A stretch of DNA of 64,000 nucleotides from Promethearchaeota archaeon (GCA_016839555.1 JAEOUA010000003.1:256001-320000), one strand, 5' to 3'. Numbered from the stretch's first letter, positions 1 through 11,751 are shown. Program-made: numbers and translations. Notes: generated by a model not told the origin, from the sequence alone.

Positions 1-494
1 ATGCCGATTCGATTAGAAGAGATATTCTTTCCTCAATTTCCAAAGGTGAACTAAATCCTAGTGTAAGAACTGACCTTTCCCATCTAATAAAGAGATTAGA
101 TGATGTTGCAAATTGTTCAACTGGAGTAGCGAGGAGAATAAATACAATTCCTATGAACTTTTGGGAACAAACGAGCAATGAATCAACAAATCTTATATTG
201 AATATGATGGAAACGACTGTAGAATGTTCTAACTATTTGGATAAAATAGTAATAGACTTATTAGGAAATAGAAAAAGCGTTAAGGAATATGCGAAACAAA
301 TAAATCTGCTTGAGCATGAAATTGATTTATTAAACATTAAATTAAGAAGAAGTTTACAAGAAACCAATTATAATGTTAATAGTTTTTCAATTTTTACAGT
401 GGGAAATACAATCGATATAATAGAAGCAATCTCTGACGCTATTGAGGCAGTGGCTGATTATATTATGCTTCTCCTTACAAGCGCCTCAGTTTGA
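1..494 (+). CDS. DUF47/PhoU-like phosphate transport regulator, 5'-partial
   Basis: Frame is open from the window edge (ADSIRRDILSSISKGELNPSVRTDLSHLIKRLDDVAN) into the 153..494 ORF. It has E-H-E-x-D and D-x-x-E-x-x-x-D helical repeat motifs typical of DUF47. Confidence 0.8.
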   Translation, partial: ADSIRRDILSSISKGELNPSVRTDLSHLIKRLDDVANCSTGVARRINTIPMNFWEQTSNESTNLILNMMETTVECSNYLDKIVIDLLGNRKSVKEYAKQINLLEHEIDLLNIKLRRSLQETNYNVNSFSIFTVGNTIDIIEAISDAIEAVADYIMLLLTSASV

Positions 495-824
495 ATAAAA
501 TTATAATATCAGAATTAAAAATAGCTCCTTATTTGTAAATTGATTTGATCCTCTTCATTTTAAACTGACTTAAACCTTATTGAGAGTGAATTTCTCTTTT
601 TTCTAATCCCTTAGTTAAGAATAATAGATAAATAGACTTAAATATGAATCAAACCTTTTGTTTAATTTTCTAACTTTAAAAAGTATAATTAATAAGACTT
701 AAAACGTATTTTATTGGGGTTTTAATATGATCAGATATATTGAATGATTTATTTTTTATTTACAATTAATTATAATAATATCTAATAATTTACATTAAAA
801 TAAAATTTAATAATTTAAATTAAA

Positions 825-2177
825 ATGTCACCATTAACTCCAATAGAGAACAGATATCGAACGGAAATTGCGGATATTTTTACCCAAGAAAAAAAGCTGG
901 AAAATTGGTTAAAAGTAGAAGCTGTTTTAGCAAAAGTTCATGCTGATGTAGGGAATATTCCAAGAGAAGCAGCGGATGAAATTAGAAAAAAAGCAAATCT
1001 TGAATATGTCAAATTGGAAAGAGTTGAGCAAATAGATAGAGAAATCCATCATGATCTCATGGCAATGATAAAAGCATTAGCAGAACAATGCGAGGATGAT
1101 GCTGGAAAATATATTCATTTAGGAGCAACTAGTTATGATATTGAAGATACTGCCTTAGCATTACAATTAAGAGAGGGTTTAGAATATTTAAAAAATTCCT
1201 TAATAGAACTAATTAAAACCTTAACCAATTTAGCAGAGCAAACAAAAAACTTAATTTGTATTGGACGAACACATGGTCAACACGCAATCCCTACTACATA
1301 TGGGATGAGATTTGGAGTGTGGGCATATGAAATTGATCGCCATCTAAAACGATTAGATCAAATTAAAGAGCGGATTTCTTATGGCAAAATGTCTGGGGCA
1401 GTTGGAACGATGGCAAGCTTTGGAGATAAAGGAATGGAAATTCAAGAAAAAGTCATGAGAGAATTAAATCTAAATGCTGTCTTAATAGCAAATCAAGTAT
1501 TACAGCGAGATCGGCATGCTGAGGTAATATTTTTAACCTCACTTATAGGACAAACTTTAGCTAAAATTGCGAAAGAAAATAGAATCCTTCAGAGAAATGA
1601 AATTGCCGAAATATTCGAACCATTTAAAAAAAAGCAAGTTGGAAGCTCCACGATGCCACATAAACGAAATCCTCACAAATCTGAAAGAATATGTAGCTTA
1701 GCACGAATCTTAAAATCCAATGTAATAGCTAGCTTGGATAATATAATATTAGAAGATGAAAGAGATTTGACTAATTCTGCATCTGAGAGAGTGTTATTTC
1801 CGGAAAACTTTATCTATCTTGATTTTATGTTGGAACAATTAACTAAAAATCTAAAAGGATTAGAAATTAATAAAAAAAATATTGAAAAAAACCTTAATCT
1901 TACTAAGGGAGCCTGCTTAGCAGAAAAGATTATGCTACATCTAGTTGAAAAAGGTATCGGGAGGCAAGAGGCGCATGAGATTTTACGCCAAGCCGTTATT
2001 AAAGCACAAAAAGAAGATCTATTTCTTTATGAGATATTAAGTAAGCATGAAGAAATAAAAGATAAATTTTCAGAGCAAGAGTTGAAAGAATTGTTGGATC
2101 CGCATAATTATATCGGGACTGCGGTATTACAAGTTCAAAATCTAGTGAAATACTTAAAGAAAAAATATAACTTTTAA
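825..2177 (+). CDS. purB: Adenylosuccinate lyase
   Basis: HLGATSYD, GRTHGQHA and fumarate-lyase signature GSSTMPHKRNP; 450 aa. Confidence 0.96.
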   Translation: MSPLTPIENRYRTEIADIFTQEKKLENWLKVEAVLAKVHADVGNIPREAADEIRKKANLEYVKLERVEQIDREIHHDLMAMIKALAEQCEDDAGKYIHLGATSYDIEDTALALQLREGLEYLKNSLIELIKTLTNLAEQTKNLICIGRTHGQHAIPTTYGMRFGVWAYEIDRHLKRLDQIKERISYGKMSGAVGTMASFGDKGMEIQEKVMRELNLNAVLIANQVLQRDRHAEVIFLTSLIGQTLAKIAKENRILQRNEIAEIFEPFKKKQVGSSTMPHKRNPHKSERICSLARILKSNVIASLDNIILEDERDLTNSASERVLFPENFIYLDFMLEQLTKNLKGLEINKKNIEKNLNLTKGACLAEKIMLHLVEKGIGRQEAHEILRQAVIKAQKEDLFLYEILSKHEEIKDKFSEQELKELLDPHNYIGTAVLQVQNLVKYLKKKYNF

Positions 2178-2390
2178 ATATTAATTACTCTTTTTAAAAC
2201 CTACTGTTTTCTAAAATAATTTGATACCATTATCAATAGATTTTAGTTGTTATAAAAAATTGAATTAATGTTTTATTAAATTTTCTCTGTTGTTTCTACT
2301 AATTTCTAAATATTTCTCGAGTATCTTTTATAAATAATAATGCGTAGATTCAAATTTTAATGAAAATATGAGGAGATATGAGAGATTGAT

Positions 2391-4502
2391 ATGATCAAAG
2401 ATAATCAAAAAAAACCTAATAATTTAATTAAAGAAAAAAGCCCTTATCTCTTACAACATGCTTATAATCCTGTGAATTGGTATGCATGGGGCGATGAGGC
2501 GTTTAGAGCAGTGAAGACCCAAGATAGGCCAATATTTCTTTCTATAGGGTATTCTACTTGCCATTGGTGCCATGTAATGGCACATGAATCATTTGAAGAT
2601 CCTGAAGTTGCTCAATTAATTAATGAAACCTTCATTCCCATTAAAGTAGACCGAGAAGAAAGACCTGATGTTGATAAAATATGTATGTTTGCATGTCAAT
2701 TAATGTCAGGAAGGGGGGGATGGCCCTTAACCATTATGATGACTCCCGATAAAAAACCTTTTTTTGCAGGAACTTATATTCCTAAAGAAGCTAGATTTGG
2801 TCAACCTGGGCTTTTAGAATTAATCCCAAAAGTTAAAGATATGTGGGAAAATCAGAGAGATAAATTATTTCAAGCAAGTGAGAAGGTTACTTTTGCGATT
2901 CAAAATGCGTTAAATGAAGCTCCCGGTGAAAAATTAGATAAAGAAACTCTAAGGGAAGCTTATGCGCAACTTTCAAAAAGATTCGATTCTCAAAGTGGAG
3001 GGTTTGGAATGGCACCTAAATTTCCCACTCCTCATAATTTTTATTTTTTACTAAGATATTGGAAAAGAACTGGAGATGAAAAGACCTTAAAAATGGTGGA
3101 AAAAACCCTTCAAGAAATGCGGAAAGGGGGTATTTATGATCATATCGGATTTGGATTTCATAGGTACTCAACTGATTCAAGGTGGTTCCTTCCACATTTT
3201 GAAAAGATGTTATATGATCAAGCTTTATTAGCTATAGCATATTTGGAGGCATATCAAGCCACAAACAAAGAATTTCATGCTCAAATAGCAAGAGAAATTT
3301 TCACGTATGTTTTACGAGATATGACCTCTAAGGACGGAGGATTTTATTCTGCGGAGGATGCTGATAGTGAGGGTGTTGAGGGAAAATTTTATGTGTGGTC
3401 TAAACAAGAGATTGAAGATATATTAGGGAAAGGGGAAAGAAATACGGAATTATTTATAGAGAGTTATAATATTACAGATTCGGGAAATTATAAGGAAGAA
3501 GCATCAAAACAAAAAACAGGAAAAAGCATTTTATTTCTTAAAAAATCTTTTGAAGATCTTGCCTTGGATTATAAAACAAGCCCGTCAGAATTGAAAGAAA
3601 AATTAGAAGAAGCACGTAAGAAAATATTTTCATATCGTGAAAAACGAATTCATCCCCATAAGGATGATAAAATATTAACGGATTGGAATGGAATTATGAT
3701 ATCTGCCCTCGCACAAGGGGCGAGAATATTAAATGATGAGGAATTACTTAATGCTGCTGAAAAAGCTATAAATTTCATGCTGACTCATCTCAGAACAGCA
3801 AATGGAAAATTAATGCATCGATTTCGAGAGGGCAAAGCCGGGATTAATGCTTATGTTGATGACTACTCTTTTATGATATGGGGTTTGATTGAAATGTATC
3901 AAACAACTTTCGAGACTAAATACCTTAAATTAGCTCTGGATCTAAATAATACCTTAATTTCAGATTTTTGGGATGAAAATATTGGAGGTTTTTATTTTAC
4001 TTCCGATGATGGGGAACAATTAATTATCAGACAGAAAGAAATTTATGATGGTGCAATACCTTCGGGAAATTCTGTCGCTATGATGAATTTGCTCAAATTG
4101 AGCTATTTAACAGGAAATCTTGAATTTGAAAGAAAAGCAGACATTATTAGTAGAGTATTCGCGGAAAAAATTAAATTAAATCCCAGTGCTTTTACAATGC
4201 TTATGAGTGCGGTAGATTTTGGTATCGGTCCTTCGTATAAATTAGTTATTGCGGGAGATTCTAATGCAGAAGATACAAAAGCTATGATAGAAGAAATCAG
4301 AAAACATTTTTTCCCTAATATTATGCTTATACAACGCCCAATGGAGCTTGAAAGTCCTGAAATTGATCAGATTGCCTATTTTATTAAACTATATTATGAT
4401 ATAGATAAAAAAGCTACCGCATATGCATGTTTCAATCAAGGTTGTAAACCTGCTACTACTAGCAAAACCCAAATGCTTGAATATCTAAATTCAAATTGGT
4501 AA
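2391..4502 (+). CDS. YyaL/SPATA20 family thioredoxin-domain (DUF255) protein with six-hairpin glycosidase-like domain
   Basis: [42 protein letters not shown] and [10 protein letters not shown] motifs. Confidence 0.93.
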   Translation: MIKDNQKKPNNLIKEKSPYLLQHAYNPVNWYAWGDEAFRAVKTQDRPIFLSIGYSTCHWCHVMAHESFEDPEVAQLINETFIPIKVDREERPDVDKICMFACQLMSGRGGWPLTIMMTPDKKPFFAGTYIPKEARFGQPGLLELIPKVKDMWENQRDKLFQASEKVTFAIQNALNEAPGEKLDKETLREAYAQLSKRFDSQSGGFGMAPKFPTPHNFYFLLRYWKRTGDEKTLKMVEKTLQEMRKGGIYDHIGFGFHRYSTDSRWFLPHFEKMLYDQALLAIAYLEAYQATNKEFHAQIAREIFTYVLRDMTSKDGGFYSAEDADSEGVEGKFYVWSKQEIEDILGKGERNTELFIESYNITDSGNYKEEASKQKTGKSILFLKKSFEDLALDYKTSPSELKEKLEEARKKIFSYREKRIHPHKDDKILTDWNGIMISALAQGARILNDEELLNAAEKAINFMLTHLRTANGKLMHRFREGKAGINAYVDDYSFMIWGLIEMYQTTFETKYLKLALDLNNTLISDFWDENIGGFYFTSDDGEQLIIRQKEIYDGAIPSGNSVAMMNLLKLSYLTGNLEFERKADIISRVFAEKIKLNPSAFTMLMSAVDFGIGPSYKLVIAGDSNAEDTKAMIEEIRKHFFPNIMLIQRPMELESPEIDQIAYFIKLYYDIDKKATAYACFNQGCKPATTSKTQMLEYLNSNW

Positions 4503-4650
4503 AATTTGACTATTCTTACTTAATCCCTCTTTTTATTAGACAAGGAAACTTAAATGAAATATTTCCAAATAATCATATATATTAATGATACTTAATTACA
4601 TGTTTTCAATTCATTTTATTAAAAATTAGAAATAAAAAGTGTGTTAAAAA

Positions 4651-5022
4651 TTGAATTTTAGCTATTTTAAACAGCTAATTATTTTTCTAATAGTTACAAT
4701 AATCATTACAATAATACTACAGCTTCTTCATGTGGGAGATATAGTACTTTTCATTGGTTTGATGGTTTTATTTGTATTAGGCAGTGTGAGCTATTTTACT
4801 TCATTGAAAGATGTCTCTGAAGATCTTAATCGAGAGTTCTCCCCTAGTTTAAAAAATTTTAGTCCATTGATTATATTTTTAGTAGTTAGCATTCCCATTT
4901 CGATTGTCATTTTTGTACTAAAAACCAGCGAACTTGTTAAGATGGTTGGTCTAGTTATCTTATTGATATTCATCTCCATTGTATATTATTTAGGAATGCG
5001 AATCGTGTTAAAGGAATCTTAG
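4651..5022 (+). CDS. Hypothetical 4-TM membrane protein
   Basis: Four hydrophobic segments, TTG start after GTGTG, no recognisable motif. Confidence 0.65.
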   Translation: MNFSYFKQLIIFLIVTIIITIILQLLHVGDIVLFIGLMVLFVLGSVSYFTSLKDVSEDLNREFSPSLKNFSPLIIFLVVSIPISIVIFVLKTSELVKMVGLVILLIFISIVYYLGMRIVLKES

Positions 5023-5152
5023 ATCAGCAATTAGAAATGTTTTGAAGAAGTTTAGAAGATTAATGAAAAAAAGAACTAAAAATATAAAAATTTTTTAACA
5101 TTTTCTTTAATTCCAAATATATTTTTCTGAAAAAATAGAAAAAGGGAGAAAC

Positions 5153-5422
5153 TTATGCTTTTTCTCTCAAACGAGTGTTCACTAATTTTTTTAATTCTTC
5201 TACAAATTCTACAGAATTCATCTCTTTTTGAGTTATAAAAACTTTAATGCCATCTGGTCCCTCTATGTATGCAGAGGGATATTTAGCATCTGTGACTTCT
5301 GGATAGTACTTCTCAAACTCATCTCTATGATAAAATTCAACGTTCACTTCCTGATCTAATTCAGTTATATATTGAGCCCATTCTTTTTTCATTCCAAAAT
5401 TACCAAACGTAACTGCGCATAG
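5153..5422 (-). pseudogene. 5'-truncated small conserved protein (family recalled as YNAxxG...HK...CxLCxxTxGxxGMKKEW, often mislabelled GTPase)
   Basis: Homology continues upstream of the called Met (LCAVTFGNFG-MKKEW...FYHRDEF...YP) and then hits TAA at 5429-5431. The roughly 35 aa N-terminus expected from the family is absent. Confidence 0.6.
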
Positions 5423-5663
5423 ATATATTTAAACCTAATAATTATTAACTTAATTATTTCTACATTTTAACGTTTCAAATTACTTTATTTAGGCAATTTT
5501 TAGAAGTAATATCATTAAATTATAGGATATTATTATTTCTATGGAAAGAGCAAAAAGTATTAATCACTATTTAAATCTGATGGTTTTAAGAAATAAATGG
5601 TATTATTTTTAGAAATTCTTTCACTTATGAATTAAATGGATTTTATAGCTTTAAAATTATGAT

Positions 5664-6410
5664 TTGTTTCTGTTTATGAAAAATAAAGAATATGTAAATC
5701 TAAGTGAAAAAGTATTAAAGGTTTATCAATATGCAGAACACATAGTAAATGAGGGAGGTTACGGCAAACAGGTAGAATCTCTGAAGGAATTAATGGAAAC
5801 AAAACCATACAAAACAATTTCAGTAGAGGAATTCTTTAGAGAATATACATGGGTGGTATTTACTTGTGGTTTTAAAGCAGCTTATGTGCAAAAATACTGG
5901 AATAACATAAAAAGAATGTGTTGTGGCTTTGATATATCTAAAACAAAAGAATTATCATTTGAGGAGCTCTTAGAGGTAAGTCCGATAAAGAATAAGAAGA
6001 AATTAAAAGCTATTAAACAATCATGTGAAATCATTAATGATTGTTTTGTTGAAAAGATCCATAAAATCAAAGATAAAGATGAAGCTAAAGATTTATTTAA
6101 AACTCTTCCTTTTATTGGAGAAATCACAGTATATCATATAATGAGAAATATTGGGATTGATTGCTTTAAACCAGATCGTCATATAGTTCATATAACAAGA
6201 GATCTTAATATTTCAGAAACAGATTTATTTCAAATTATTTGTTCAAAATATAAAGAATATATTGGTGTTATTGATTATATTCTTTGGCGTGCATCCGCAA
6301 CATTACATAATTTACAACCCAATTCATCTTTGGTGGAATTCGCGCTGAATGGAAAGCAATTGAATGAAGTTCCAAAAAATAATTTTATGAATAGTAATTT
6401 TTTATTCTAA
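5664..6410 (+). CDS. HhH-GPD superfamily DNA glycosylase-like protein
   Basis: HhH motif LFKTLPFIGEIT, then KPDRH (catalytic Asp position) and D-x-x-LW; N-terminal FFREYTWVVFTCGF. Probable start ATG 5676. Confidence 0.7.
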   Translation: MFLFMKNKEYVNLSEKVLKVYQYAEHIVNEGGYGKQVESLKELMETKPYKTISVEEFFREYTWVVFTCGFKAAYVQKYWNNIKRMCCGFDISKTKELSFEELLEVSPIKNKKKLKAIKQSCEIINDCFVEKIHKIKDKDEAKDLFKTLPFIGEITVYHIMRNIGIDCFKPDRHIVHITRDLNISETDLFQIICSKYKEYIGVIDYILWRASATLHNLQPNSSLVEFALNGKQLNEVPKNNFMNSNFLF

Positions 6411-6547
6411 TAATTCCAAGATCGCTATAAAAATAGATTTTGAAATAAAAATTCATTAGCATTTCAACCAATTTTTAGATTATAGATAAAATGTATTTAT
6501 TTTAAGAAAAAGTTATTATTTTAAGAAAAAAAATAAAGAGAAATACA

Positions 6548-7924
6548 ATGATTTTAAAAAGAATTAAATCAGAAGGCTTAGCTCATATATCTTATTTCAT
6601 TGCCTCAGAAAGTGAAGCTTGTGTAATCGATCCACGAAGAGATATTGGGAAATATATTGAATTGGCCTATAAAGAAGATGCTACTATAAAATATATATTC
6701 GAAACACATCGAAATGAAGATTATGTAATCGGATCTGTTGAACTTGCTCAAGATGGAAACGCCAAAATCTTTCATGGGCCTAACTTGGATTTTCAATATG
6801 GTAATACTTTACAAGAAGGTCAAGAATTCCAAGTAGGAAATTTGAAGATAGGATGGATTTATACCCCAGGACATACTGATGAAAGTGTTTCCTATATACT
6901 CTATGATTTAGATTCAGGGCCAGAGCCGATAATGGCCTTTACGGGAGATACATTGTTTATTGGCGATGTGGGAAGAACAGACATGTATGGTCCAGATGAA
7001 GACAGAAGGATGGCGGAAAATCTTTATGAAAGTCTTTTTAATAAAATTCTTCCTTTAGGAGATCATGTAATTGTATGTCCAGCTCACGGATCTGGTTCTG
7101 TTTGCGGAGGAAATATCAGTGAGCGAGAACATAGTACCATTGGAATTGAGAGAATGCAAAATCCGGCATTACAACTTACTGATAAGGAGGAATTTATTCA
7201 ATATAAGATGAATGAAAACCATTTTTATGCTCCCTATTTTAAAATGATGGAGAAATATAACCGAGAAGGGGCACCACTTTTAAAGACTCGTCCAAAAGCG
7301 AAACCAATGTCTCCTAAAGAATTTCAAGTTAAAATGGAAAAAGGAGCATTCTGCGTTGATACTCGTGAACCCGCTGATTTTGGCGGAGCACATATTGAGG
7401 GCTCTTATAATATCATCCTCGATGGACTTCCCCTCTTTAGCGGGTGGGTATTGATCTATGATAAACCAATCCTATTAATTGTAAAAGATTATCAAGATCT
7501 CGAGAAAGCTATCAGATTTTTAAATAGATTAGGTTATGATAATATAATTGGTTACTTAACAGGTGGTATAATAGGGTGGTATAGTCATAATTTTCCCACC
7601 AAGTCTATTCCTCTATTAACTGCGAGAGAATTGAAAAAGAAAATCGAAAAAAATGAGGATATCTTTATTTTAGATGTAAGAAGCCAAGATGAATGGGAAA
7701 CAGGGTATATAGAATCAGCAAATCATATCTATATTGGTAAATTAAAAACTAATTTAGAGCATGTACCACATGGAAAACAAATTGTTACTTTGTGCGGGAA
7801 TGGCACCAGAGCAAGTCTTGCAGCAAGTCTTTTGCGAAAAGAGGGATATAAAGATGTAATGAATGTTTTGGGCAGTATGAAAGCTTGGAATAGCGGAGGA
7901 TATCCTGTCGTCAAGGAAAATTAA
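6548..7924 (+). CDS. MBL-fold hydrolase with two rhodanese domains (CstB/persulfide dioxygenase-sulfurtransferase-like)
   Basis: ETHRNEDY, TPGHT, FTGDTLF, PAHGSGSVCG; two rhodanese domains, the second with active-site loop CGNGTRAS. Confidence 0.9.
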   Translation: MILKRIKSEGLAHISYFIASESEACVIDPRRDIGKYIELAYKEDATIKYIFETHRNEDYVIGSVELAQDGNAKIFHGPNLDFQYGNTLQEGQEFQVGNLKIGWIYTPGHTDESVSYILYDLDSGPEPIMAFTGDTLFIGDVGRTDMYGPDEDRRMAENLYESLFNKILPLGDHVIVCPAHGSGSVCGGNISEREHSTIGIERMQNPALQLTDKEEFIQYKMNENHFYAPYFKMMEKYNREGAPLLKTRPKAKPMSPKEFQVKMEKGAFCVDTREPADFGGAHIEGSYNIILDGLPLFSGWVLIYDKPILLIVKDYQDLEKAIRFLNRLGYDNIIGYLTGGIIGWYSHNFPTKSIPLLTARELKKKIEKNEDIFILDVRSQDEWETGYIESANHIYIGKLKTNLEHVPHGKQIVTLCGNGTRASLAASLLRKEGYKDVMNVLGSMKAWNSGGYPVVKEN

Positions 7925-7973
7925 GCTCTTTATTAATAAATAAAAATAAAAAAAAAATAACAGAGGATAAAAA

Positions 7974-8312
7974 ATGGGAAATACAAAAGATAAATTAATG
8001 GCTGTTGATAAAACTCTTAAGAATTTAGGAGCGCTCAATCCTAAAGCTATGAAAAGTTTCAAGGAATATATGAATTCCGTGAAAATGGAGGGGATTTTAT
8101 CACCTAAAATAAAAACTATTATAGGCGTGGCTGTTGCTGTTTCAAAACAGTGTGAATATTGCGTTCCATTTTATGTTAAGCAGGCATTGGATAGTGGTGC
8201 CACTAAAGAAGAGATATTAGATGCTTGTATGATGGCTGCATTATTAGGAGGTGGTCCTGCTATCACATTCATAAAACATGTATATGATGCCCTAGAGGAG
8301 TTAACGAAATAA
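7974..8312 (+). CDS. Carboxymuconolactone decarboxylase/AhpD-like protein
   Basis: LSPKIKTII...CEYC...ALDSGATKEEI...GGP. Confidence 0.88.
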   Translation: MGNTKDKLMAVDKTLKNLGALNPKAMKSFKEYMNSVKMEGILSPKIKTIIGVAVAVSKQCEYCVPFYVKQALDSGATKEEILDACMMAALLGGGPAITFIKHVYDALEELTK

Positions 8313-8315
8313 TTT

Positions 8316-8756
8316 TTGTCTATTAAAAAAAATCAAATAATTAAATACGAGATGATTAAGATGGTAGATATATTAAAAAAAGAACTTTCTATGAAATTTA
8401 ATGATGCTGTGGAGCATGTAAGAAAAATTGTCGAGGATGAGGGTTTTAGTGTAATGCTTGTAAAAAATATAGATGAAATTTTCAAAAAAAAACTCGGAGT
8501 CAAAGAATATGAGAGATATACAATTATTTTAGCATGTGCTCCTCAATTTGCTAAAGGAGCATTAGATGTTTCTAAAAATGTGGGCCTTCTTTTTCCTTGT
8601 AGTTTCGCAGTTTATGAAGATCAAGGAAAAATATATGTTGGCCATGCGTCTATCATGAAAATTGCTCCTGAAGTTGGTCTAGCACCCCAAGATAAAATGG
8701 CACCTGTAATTGAAGCCACTGGTAAGGCAGTTCACGCAGCATGGGATAAATTATAA
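8316..8756 (+). CDS. DUF302 domain protein
   Basis: GFSV, ILAC-AP and GLLFPCSFAVYE motifs. Likely start ATG 8361. Confidence 0.88.
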   Translation: MSIKKNQIIKYEMIKMVDILKKELSMKFNDAVEHVRKIVEDEGFSVMLVKNIDEIFKKKLGVKEYERYTIILACAPQFAKGALDVSKNVGLLFPCSFAVYEDQGKIYVGHASIMKIAPEVGLAPQDKMAPVIEATGKAVHAAWDKL

Positions 8757-9083
8757 TTAAAAAATTTTTTTAAAAAATTCTATTTCTTTTTTTATTCTAA
8801 AATTTCTAATGAGATTTTCCTAAAAATGCCTAATATAGTTAGATTAAGTATTCTTCAGCTATAGGATTTTCATGGATACATTCTTTCAAAGAATATACTA
8901 TATTTTAAAGACGGAATTTGTATTTTAAAGCATAGATGAATTAAGAGCGTATATAAAAAAAATAGTCTTATAAAAATTAAAACATATATTAAATTGTAGC
9001 AATATGAGGATTTAATGATTTTTATTGCCCTTTCCAGCAATAGTTTTATCCTCAAAGAAGATTTTAAGCTAGGCTCTATTAAT

Positions 9084-10412
9084 TTAATCTATCTTATTTT
9101 TGTTCTTATTTTGAAGAAAATAGCACAGTAATAATAGTAGAAGTGATATTTCATTGATGAAAAAAAATATCCAATAAATAATTGGATTTAACGAAACTGC
9201 TTTTATATATCTTTGAATTAAGTAGGTTATCAAAAATATTATCAATAAAAAACTCATGAATGTTTTCAAATCTTTATGTTTCCGATTTAATTCTACAATA
9301 ATATTTCCAAGCTCAATTGCGCCTAAATAAAATATAATTGGAAAAAAATATAAAATCACTCTATAATCCAAATCAAATCCAATGATTGATACAAAAATAC
9401 TCAGATAAGCAAAATTCACACCTATAAATACAAATATAAAAAGAAATTGCTTCTTTTTGATATTTTTAATTAAAATATATATACTTAATATGGTAAAAAC
9501 CAATCCAATTAAAACAAATAAAAAATAGAATTCTAATGGAATTCCAAGAAGTATTCCATTTAATAATACTTGTATAAATGATGATATGCTTGAAAATAAA
9601 CTCGAATATAAATTAAGGTAAAAAGTATTTTGTACCTTCCAATTATAAAACGGATTTCCAAATCTATAATCACTAAATAATAACCAGAAAAAAAAAGATA
9701 ATATAAAAGCAAGGACTATAATCATAACTTTTTTTATGGATATGGTTTCAAATTTAAATTTAAAGATTTTTAATTTTGAGATAACAAAAAAAAATACAAT
9801 TATAATTGTACTAAAAAGTCCCGCAGTTAAAAGAGTGAGTGTCAGATATGAAATTGAAAGCGCTAAGAATATATTATCTTGTAATTTCATTTTTTCTTTT
9901 ATAATAGTAAAATAGAATATGATAATAATCAAAAGTGCTAATAGATTTTCTCTTAATCCTAAAGCTGAATCAATTATGAAGGGAAGAGAGAAAGATATTA
10001 AAAAACTTACGATTAACCCAGTATATTTTGATTTTTCTCTATTTTTCTTATTTTCTCCAAAATATTTCAGAGAAGCTTTAGTAAATATAATGTAAGAACA
10101 AATTATTAATAAAATACCAGAAGTAAATGAAGCTAATTTAGCAGATAAAATATAATTAGAATAAGTAGATACTATGTTATTATTTGTAGGGAATATCAAA
10201 TTGGTCAATAAAATAAATAAAACAATTAAAAGTGGAAAACCTGGTGGTCTTACTGAATAGTAAAAAACCTCAATTATACCTACGGCTCCACGTATATAAG
10301 TTGGAGTATCAAGAGCATCGGGAAGTGTTTTTAAATGGTATAACCTAATGAGAGACCCTATTATTAATACAATTAAAAACCAATAATCACTTGTTCCTAA
10401 TCTTTTTTTCAA
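9084..10412 (-). CDS. Polytopic membrane protein, GT-C (ArnT/PMT-like) glycosyltransferase-like
   Basis: About 11 TM helices; LIRL...D...Y and RPPGFPLL in the first loop, GLRE, R-x-x-L-x-x-x-P near the C-terminus. Confidence 0.6.
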   Translation of the reverse strand: MKKRLGTSDYWFLIVLIIGSLIRLYHLKTLPDALDTPTYIRGAVGIIEVFYYSVRPPGFPLLIVLFILLTNLIFPTNNNIVSTYSNYILSAKLASFTSGILLIICSYIIFTKASLKYFGENKKNREKSKYTGLIVSFLISFSLPFIIDSALGLRENLLALLIIIIFYFTIIKEKMKLQDNIFLALSISYLTLTLLTAGLFSTIIIVFFFVISKLKIFKFKFETISIKKVMIIVLAFILSFFFWLLFSDYRFGNPFYNWKVQNTFYLNLYSSLFSSISSFIQVLLNGILLGIPLEFYFLFVLIGLVFTILSIYILIKNIKKKQFLFIFVFIGVNFAYLSIFVSIIGFDLDYRVILYFFPIIFYLGAIELGNIIVELNRKHKDLKTFMSFLLIIFLITYLIQRYIKAVSLNPIIYWIFFFINEISLLLLLLCYFLQNKNKNKID

Positions 10413-10836
10413 TTTAAAAACCTTATAATAAAGTTTGATATTACACTTAAATTGTATTTATAACTTAAATCTTTCCTTTAATTAAATATTTTAAAAACTA
10501 TTCGATATTGATGAATAATTTTAACTTGATTTAAAATCTAATAATAATAATTCTTTTACATTATTTTTTCTATTGTGAGAGAATAATTTTTTTAATTATT
10601 ATTAAAATTAGTTAGTTATTATCTTATTATGATTCTTTCAAATTTTTATGAGTTTTCTTATTCTTAGTTATTTTAGAAATTAAAAACAAATTCAGCAAGA
10701 TTCTTTTCATACCTCTATAGAATGATCTACTTCCTTAATTCTTTTAAATTCCTTTAGCTTATTATAGAAACGAAAATTATTTAGATCTTATCAAACTTTC
10801 TACTAGAATAATTTTATTATCACAAAATAGCTAGAA

Positions 10837-11751
10837 TCATAGGATTTTCTCTAGTAATTTTAATATTTCAGTATTTAAATCTTTATTAGATGCAAAAAAT
10901 CCTGAACTTGCAATTACTAACTCATCATGCTTATATTGAAAATTATTTCCGTAAAAATCAGTGACCTTCCCCCCTGCTTCTCTTACCAAAAGATCTCCAG
11001 GACAAAAATCCCATATTTTGGGATTGGTAGTTAATGGGCGAAAATATATATCATACATTCCCTCTGCTACTTTACAAAACTTTACCATACTATCCATCGC
11101 AATTGTATTTTTAATTTGAGCCATTTCAATAAATTTATCGGATAATGGAGAATCATAATGAAGAGAATGACATAATATAGCTTGATTTAATTTTTTTTGA
11201 TTGCTTACATTAATTTTTTTAAATGATTCACCATCTTCCGATCTCCAAGCTCCTCCCTTATCAATTGCTTTATATATGATACTTTTTTGATTATGGATTG
11301 AAGGAACAGCAATTACTGATGCTTTAGGGATATAATTTTCCATGAACCCAATCCCTATTGCATATACTAATCCTTTTTTATATCCTATTGTTCCATCGAT
11401 TGGATCTATTGTCCATTGCCGATTTGAATTAGGACCTCTGTAAATTAGAGTTTCTCGAAGATTTACTATCTCTTTAATATCTAAGGAATCATAAGATTTT
11501 TTAATTAAAGATATAGTTTGAGGAGTTAATAATTGAATATTACTCTCTTCAGCGATAATTTGATCCTCAGGAAAGTTCTTTTTTATTCTTGAGATTATAT
11601 AGATTTGAGAAGCAAGATCAGCTATTGTTACTGGTGTATTATCAGTTTTCTGATAAGAATCAAAATTTTTTGTTTTAAGATATTCTGTTATATCTAATGC
11701 TTTTTTTGCTAAATTTATCGCGAGGGATACCTCATCATTAAATTTATGCAT
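10837..11751 (-). CDS. 3'(2'),5'-bisphosphate nucleotidase/inositol monophosphatase family (CysQ/HAL2-like)
   Basis: KTDNTPVTIAD, IIAEE, WTIDPIDGT and WD motifs. Start set at MHKF (11751); the ORF track extends to 11817. Confidence 0.88.
   Translation of the reverse strand: MHKFNDEVSLAINLAKKALDITEYLKTKNFDSYQKTDNTPVTIADLASQIYIISRIKKNFPEDQIIAEESNIQLLTPQTISLIKKSYDSLDIKEIVNLRETLIYRGPNSNRQWTIDPIDGTIGYKKGLVYAIGIGFMENYIPKASVIAVPSIHNQKSIIYKAIDKGGAWRSEDGESFKKINVSNQKKLNQAILCHSLHYDSPLSDKFIEMAQIKNTIAMDSMVKFCKVAEGMYDIYFRPLTTNPKIWDFCPGDLLVREAGGKVTDFYGNNFQYKHDELVIASSGFFASNKDLNTEILKLLEKIL

Noticed and set aside
6497-6530. 15-bp direct repeat TTATTTTAAGAAAAA x2
   Set aside because: Low complexity in a very AT-rich spacer; cannot be distinguished from slippage or chance.
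8870-9055. 61-aa intergenic ORF
   Set aside because: TTG start without SD and no motif; likely spurious.
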